Assembly (NCBI GenBank): GCA_965112735.1
Contig: OZ218951.1
Coordinates: 3,162,001 to 3,226,000, forward strand
Length of the DNA: 64,000 nt
Direction: 5' to 3'
Origin: Phaeosaccion multiseriatum
Lineage: Eukaryota; Protista; Ochrophyta, other classes
Shown: one piece after another, positions 57,576 through 64,000 of the stretch
How the letters are laid out: each line of letters opens with the position of its first letter
Position numbering within the stretch: position 1 is the first letter of the stretch
Notes under the pieces: model-generated
The model's database searches: none
What the model saw: only the letters and a program-made list of their open reading frames with translations
Told to the model about the DNA's origin: nothing
Translations under genes and position numbers: made by a program

Positions 57576-57661
57576 AGACCGGAGGAGCTGCTGCGCCGGA
57601 GAGGTCTCTAACCGTGGAGAGGAACGGGGGCGGGAATGGTGCCTTTGCTTGCCCCCTCCCT

Positions 57662-57870
57662 AACAACAACAACAACAAAAACAACAAATTATATTGTCAA
57701 CAACAACAACAACAACAAATTATATTGTCAAACAACAACAACAACAACAACAACAAATTATATTGTCAAACAACAACAACAACAACAACAAATTATATTG
57801 TCAACAACAACAACAACAACAACAAATTATATTGTCAAACAACAACAACAACAACAAATTATATTGTTAA
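57662..57870. repeat. Compound repeat: AAATTATATTGT x6 separated by variable (AAC)n
   Basis: Directly visible. Confidence 0.9.
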
Positions 57871-58187
57871 CACCAAGGGTTCAATTCTTTTCCAATTATC
57901 TACAACACAACCTCGTGCTCTCCTGTGCCTTACGCACGTCCTCTTCTATGCCTTACTTAAGTACTGACATACAGGGCACGGGACAGTGTACAATTACAAA
58001 TGCCTCCTACCACCAGGGGCCTGTTTGTGCAATGTTGATGGGAATGATGATGTACATACTGTACATGAACCACCCAACCAACCAACCAATCAATCAACCA
58101 ACCAACCAACCAACCAATCAACCGACCAATCAACCAACCAATCAACCAACCAGCCAACCAATCAACCAATCAACCAACCAGGCGAAG

Positions 58188-58389
58188 GAAGCCCTTGCTG
58201 GCCTATGCGTTCCGGTTTTGGTTCTTGCCGAGCGATGGAGACGGAAGTCCGTGCAGACACATGGAGACCTTGTGGGCTTAGCAGGGAGGAGGCAGACAAG
58301 CCCACAAGGTCTTCATGTGGCTGCAAGGACTTCCGTCTCCATCGCTCGGCAAGAACCAAAACCGGAACGCATAGGCCAGCAGGGGCTTC
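58188..58389 (+). ncRNA. Long fold-back hairpin, candidate miRNA/hairpin-RNA precursor
   Basis: 92-nt arms (58188-58279 and 58298-58389) with an 18-nt loop. There are 4 non-Watson-Crick positions, 2 of which are G-U pairs on the + strand. Confidence 0.5.
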
Positions 58390-59132
58390 AGCCACAAAGC
58401 AAGCATCGTGCCGCATGGCGGAGTGGAGCGTCCCCCACCCGCTTACTTGAAACCGTCACACATACCCACTTCGGCTTCACTCTCGTCTCGTCCCCTTCTC
58501 CCGCTGGGTAAGGCTCATGCAAGAGGCGCCGCCTGCTGCTCGCCTTTGTTTCGTCGAAGACGGACGTGCTTGTACCCCTCGCTGCTTCGCTGACGATCAT
58601 CATCGATAAGAGGGCACGCTGGATTGAGAGGGTCCGCGTGTGTGTGGCAGGAGGAACACGTCGTCGGCAAATACGACTGGGAGTTTACCCCCCCCCCCCC
58701 CCCGGGGTCAGTTCCCTCTTCCGAACCACACACACCCCAAGCAGGTGATCACTCGGTAGCCGTAGCCGTAGGACAAGATGCATGCTCTTCGTGCCGTCTT
58801 CCTCCCTCCGGCAGCCCTGATGGGATCGCATCAGCGCCACGCTACCTACATCTCGTCGAAGCGTATAATAAAGGCTCCCCCTGACAAAGGCTTCTGTTTT
58901 GACGGGATACAGTAAACACGCTTGAGCTCCAACATGCCTGCCTTCCCAGAAGGAAGGGAAGAAAACACGGGAGGGGCTGGTGTGGTGGCTGAAGGAAGGC
59001 AAGACCACACCGATCAGCGTACCGTCGTCTTCCACCGGCAGCCCTTGTGGGAGCCCAAGCGCTTCGCTGCCTCTCGTCCAAGCCTGCTGTGGAGGCGCTC
59101 AAGTGCCATCGAGGAAGGCCTAGTTCCTTCTC

Positions 59133-61982
59133 TCAAAAGATCTCAGGCCGCAGCACCTCTAGTTTGGGCATCCCCGCAGATGGCGACTCAGTAGTCATGT
59201 CCGAATACGTTCGCCCACCTGGTGCCATGCTCTTGCACTCGTCGTCGTCGTCTGTTGGATGTGCCACCACCTGCTGCTGCTGCTGCTGCTGCTGCTGCCG
59301 GGCCAGCGGAGGCGGGGGTATGGACGTATTCCTCTGCCGTTGCCGTGCCTGCTGCTGTTGCGTCGCTACCAAGTGCTGCTGCTGAGCCTGCCGCTGCTGC
59401 TGTATCACCAACTGCTGCTGCTTGCCGGCTCGAGCGAGCATCGAGCGGACCTTGTCCTTGGCGGGGATGGAGTCCCAACTCAGAGAAAGCATGTCCACAG
59501 GCTTACGGCCTCGACTATCCACTACCTCTGGGTTAGCACTGGCAAACAAGAGGAGGTTGGGGTGGGGATTGGCGGAGGGGAATGAGAGGGAGAAACTCCA
59601 AGAGACAAGGGCTGACATATCATCCACTGACTGTTGGACTCACTGCGCCTCACTCACTGCCTCACTCACTGCGCCTCACTCACTGCCTCACTCACTGCCT
59701 CACTCACTGCCGCACTGACTGCCACAAGGCCTGTTTGATTCGACTGACTCTTTGCCTTACTCACTCACCCGGCTCCGAGCAGCGCTGCTACCGCCGACTT
59801 GTCCGCAGCTGCACAGGCGAGATGCAAGGGGGTTCGCCCCATGAAGTCCACGATGTCCGCCTCTGCGCCCCGCTGCAGTAGCAGTGAGATCATGGCCGGG
59901 GATGGGGAGCGGCTCACCGCGTGCAGGGCAGAGCCTGTGGGGGATGGGTGGTGCGGGTATTGTTGTTGTTGTGGTGGTGGTGACGGTAGTGGTGGTGGTG
60001 GTGGAGGTGGTGGTGGTGGTGGTGGTGGTGGTGGTGGTGGTGGTGGTGGTGGTGGTGGTGGTGGTGGTGGTGGTGGTGGTGGTGGTAGTGGTGGTGGTGG
60101 TGGTGGTGGTGACAGCACACAGGACAAGCAGCAGGGAGAGGGCAGAGGGAGAGAGGCGACGGGGCAGCACGACGGAGATTGGGATGGATGGGGATGAGGA
60201 GAAGGGATACGGAGGGGCAGGGAACAGGACCGACGGACGAACGGAAACACGGGGGGGGGGGGGGGGGCACTCTGCTACCATCTGCTACCATCTGCAGCCC
60301 ATCTGCGGCGTAACAATACGCTGGAGGTAGCGGAGTGAAAGGGACACGAGGAAAAAACGAAAAAGAAGCGAAGTTTCTCTAGGTCGAGGAAGGTGGGCAA
60401 GGCAGGCAGGCAGGCAAGCAGGTAGGTAGGTAGGTAGGTAGACAGGTAGGCAAAGGGGGGGGTAAGGGCGGGGGCAAAGGGATTGAAGATGAATCGCACT
60501 TTGCTGCCATCCACTGCCATCCACTGCCATCCACTGCCATCCACTGCCATCCACTGCCATCATCCACGCACCGTTGACGTCGTCTTGGTGGTTAATGTCG
60601 GCGCCTCTCCTTAGCAGATACTCCACCACGTGCGGCTGCTCCGCGAGCACTGTCATTCATTTGCCGATGAGAAGAGCAACAAGGAGGGAGAGGGAAGGGA
60701 AGAGAAGAGGGAGAGGGGGGGGGGGGGGTCAATGAAAAGTCAACGGTCGGGGGTGGGGCGATCGAGTGCACCGCTCGGTACAGGTTCACACGGAATCTTA
60801 CTGCGTGTATAGAGGGACAGAGGGAGAGGCATGCAGAGGTACATGGGCAAATACGGGGGGTACTATTGGGGAAACGGCACAAGCAAGAAAAGACACCTTT
60901 CATGCTTGCTTCCCCCCTTCTTTCCTTCCTTGTCTTCCCGTCTTTCCGTGGGGGGGGGGGGGGCACCGCGTACGTGCGTACCTGCATATCCGAGTGGCGT
61001 GACGTTGAGTACGTTCGCAGAGTCCACCAACACCCTTCCCCTCTCACTGTAGCTTACGCCAGTGCTGCTGCTGCTGAGGCTACTGCTGCTGCTGTTAGTG
61101 GCGCTGATGCTGTGACTAAGGGTATCGCTGGGGGTGGTCGCTTCAAGCGGTCCAGTCCCGCCTTCGATACGCCGGTTGGCGTGAGTGCGAGTGGGGGAGT
61201 TGGGGCCTCCAGCACTGGGACTAGGGGCACTGCTTTGCCCGAGCAGCTGCAGCACGAGGGGGAGATTTCCCATCTTGGCGGCAACGTGCACAGGCGTGTT
61301 GCCATTGTCGTCCACCACGAGGGGGTCTACATTGATGGGGAGAGGATGGCAGAGGACGAGAGAGAGAGCCAGCGTGATGCGCCGGCGAAGGGAAGAAGGG
61401 ACGCGGGGGGAGGGGCGAAGAGGAGGGTCAGGGGTAATGAATAAGCGGTCCCTTACTCCCGCTCCCTCGCTCCGTCCCTCTCCTCTCACCGTTTGTTTCA
61501 GCGACGATGACCCTGTAGTCGCACATGGCCGCCTCGACATCACCTTGCCAGCACTTCTCGAACAGGCTCCGCTTCCGTAGAGAGCGGGAATCCTCCGTAC
61601 ACTTCTCACTCGCTCGACGCGCCCGACGAGCCTCGGCGCGCACCGAGTCGGTCTTCTTTCGGCAGAGGTTGAGATGCTGAAAGTCTGGACAGTCAAAGCT
61701 TTGGCTCCTCGTTGGTGACTCCTCCGAGGACACAACTGAGCTGGCTCGGGAGACTCGGTACTCAGGAATTGGAGAGTGAAGCACCAGGGGGGGGGGCAGC
61801 GGTGCCACCCCACCCGGTGGCGAAGGTGGGGGAAGTACGACCTTCAGGTCCCCTGTCCCCTCAGCAACTGCGGCCTTTTGCGGAAGCGGTGCCACCCCGC
61901 CGGGTGGCGAAGGTGAGGGAGGTACGACCTTCAACCCAACAGAATCCTCAGCAATTGTTGCCTTTTCGCCGCCTGTCTCCAT
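59133..61982 (-). CDS. Ankyrin repeat protein; multi-exon, 3' end uncertain
   Basis: GNTPVHVAAKMGN, NVTPLGYA|VLAEQPHVVEYLLRRGADIN, GRTPLHLACAAAD, GANPEVVDSRGRKPVD; ATG at 61982. Confidence 0.8.
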
Positions 61983-62555
61983 CGCACCGCCTCTCCTTTG
62001 GCTCAGCAGCGGAAGGGCGTACAAGAGAGGGTTCTCCTTCCTGATCAGCAGGGCCTATTGTTGTTGTGTATGGATATTAAATGATATAAAGCCAGAACGC
62101 TTTTCAACTACCTAGGCGGATAAAAAGGACCAAGAGTTTCAGGGGGAAGGCATACGGGCGAGAGAGGAATTGTCGCGAAGTTTCATTTCATCATCCATCA
62201 CACACAAAGCAGCAGCAGCGGCTGAGGTCCCGAATAGATGCAGTTAGTTGCTGGCAGTATTGCGTGTTCCACAGAGAAGAGACTCTGCACTCCAAGGCTT
62301 TTCCAGCGGTAGAAGCGACAGCGGACAGAGAAGGAGAAGCAAGCATGTGAGAAAGAAAAAAATTGGCATCCCATCCATCCCCCGTCTCGTGCGTTGTCTG
62401 TCTCGCTCGCCTTGTGTGTGCCTAATTAGTGCCTCCTATCTTCGCCTCTCGCCTACCTCTTATGAAAGACGCATTGTGGAGCTGGGAGGCTTGAGAATTG
62501 CTGAGTGCAGCGGGAAAGTTTCCCGAAGGAGTGGGCGGGTAGAGGGGGAAGAAGG

Positions 62556-63457
62556 ATGGACTTAACCCAGCCCCGATCGCCACGGAGTGGCAGCAAGGGC
62601 CATAGCCACAGCCCCAGCTTTTCCCGCTCACACAAGCGTACAGCGAGCAAGACCCCAACAGCGGCGAAGGTGAGTCAACGATAACAGATGTGGACGAGCG
62701 AAGGGGGAGGAGGGGGGGGGGGGGATGAGCGAGATGGAAGAGAGCCTGGGAGGGGGGGGGGTCTGGGAGAGAGAAAGGCCAAGACGGAGTGGCGCTAGAG
62801 CGTACTGGAAAAGAGAGAGAAAGATTCTGGGCAGGAGGAGTGGGCACGAAAGGTGTCGCGAGCGACATGCGCACCCGAAAGAAGTAGGGGGGCTTCCCTC
62901 CATCCCCGGTGGTGGCCCTGAAGCCATGGCAGTACCCACAACGCTCTTATAACCCCCTCCTCCGCTGCCTCCCGCTCTGTGCTGCTCTGCTGTGCTCTGC
63001 TTTACAACTTACTCTGTCGGTTCTCTGTCGGTCCCCTGCAATCAGGATGACGACGAAGGCGGGTCCAAATCCATGTTCAGCTTTACGAGGCACAAGTCAG
63101 CTACAAAGCTCAGCGCTGCCACCCCCGCTTCTACCACTTCGCCGTCCACACCAGGTGGGTAGAAGTGCGCAACTGCCTGATTGATTGATTGATTGATTGA
63201 TTGACTGCTTGATTGACTGCTTTGGAGGGGAGGAGTGGAAGTGAGAGAGCCAGTTAGTCAGTCAGTACTCAGTCAGTCAGTCAGTCAGTCAGCCCAGCAA
63301 ATCTGTGGGGGCGGTTGGCTATAGGGACAAAGCGGCGACGCACTTGGCGAGGCGGTTACAGGCGGTTACACTACAGAGAGCCTCGTTGGTCAGAGCTACG
63401 AGCAACGGGGGCGACCCAGCGATCGGCTCAGGAGAGAGGAGAGAGAGGGAGGGGGAA

Positions 63458-63513
<56 letters not shown>

Positions 63514-64000
63514 CACCCCCTCCCCCTCCTCCCCCTCTCCCACCACCGCGCACACACAACACACACACACACAGCCTCTGTAGTGGCGACGTCTGGCCTG
63601 GCGGCTCCCTCTCCATCTTCTCGCCCCTCCAGCCCCTCACGACACGGACCGAGCCTGCCCTCCTTCGCTGGCGGTGCAAGTTTCATGAAGAAAGTGCACG
63701 CCTTAGACAAAGATAAGGGCGGTAGTAAGGCACAATCTCCGGCTCAGAGGAGGGGGGGAGGAGCGCACAAGAAGGGGAGTTACCTGAGGGAGAGGCTGCC
63801 TCTGAAGCTCTCACAGATTCTCGCTGCCTTGCTGGTCTTGGCGGTGGGCGTCTTCTTCTATGGGTAAGGAAGGAGGGGAGGGGAGGAGAGGAGAGTAGGA
63901 AAGGAGGAGGCACGTTCGCCTGCTCAAGCACACATGTACACACACGAACACACTCAACTCACTCACTCACTCACGCGCACACACTCTCACTCAGGCTAAC
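62556..64000 (+). CDS. Partial gene: Ser/basic-rich N-terminus followed by a TM helix (type II membrane protein-like); runs off the window
   Basis: Phase-consistent exons about 62556-62669, 63046-63153 and 63575-63863, ending ILAALLVLAVGVFFY|GTAAGG. Confidence 0.55.

Noticed and set aside
57662-57870. Repeat-spacer pattern resembling a CRISPR array (also 3139-3325)
   Set aside because: The spacers are simple repeats rather than unique sequences, the context is eukaryotic and no cas genes are present.
61975-61985. 11-nt match between the hairpin arm and the ankyrin gene start region (possible miRNA target)
   Set aside because: An 11-mer match from a 92-nt arm is expected a few times by chance in a window this size.

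Overview
This is eukaryotic nuclear DNA, most likely from a stramenopile alga (inferred from an oomycete/ochrophyte-type GH5, a Cys-rich repeat protein and a CDPK). It is GC-rich and its GT-AG introns are packed with microsatellites, so most ORFs in the six-frame track are repeat artefacts. Manual splicing gives about 11 genes: ankyrin protein (-), GH5 exo-beta-1,3-glucanase (-), TTC27/Emw1 (+), a hypothetical membrane protein (-), a large peptide:N-glycanase (+), a Cys-rich repeat protein (-), a PDZ/Tudor-like protein (+), a coiled-coil protein (-), a CDPK (+), a second ankyrin protein (-) and a truncated membrane protein (+). Ten of these form five consecutive head-to-head pairs. Main points of interest: (1) the PNGase has an unusual order of thioredoxin, UBL, UBR-box-like, catalytic core, ILEI-like, jacalin and PUB modules; (2) a roughly 20-bp DNA motif (CAGCAGTTGGTGATACAGCAG) occurs about 20 times in introns and exons, on both strands and in several reading frames; (3) a 92-bp-arm fold-back that resembles a pre-miRNA; (4) repeated 'ghost' duplicates of acceptor site plus exon start; (5) polarised intron repeats; (6) two MITE-like elements. 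Exon boundaries and domain calls were made by eye, without database searches.
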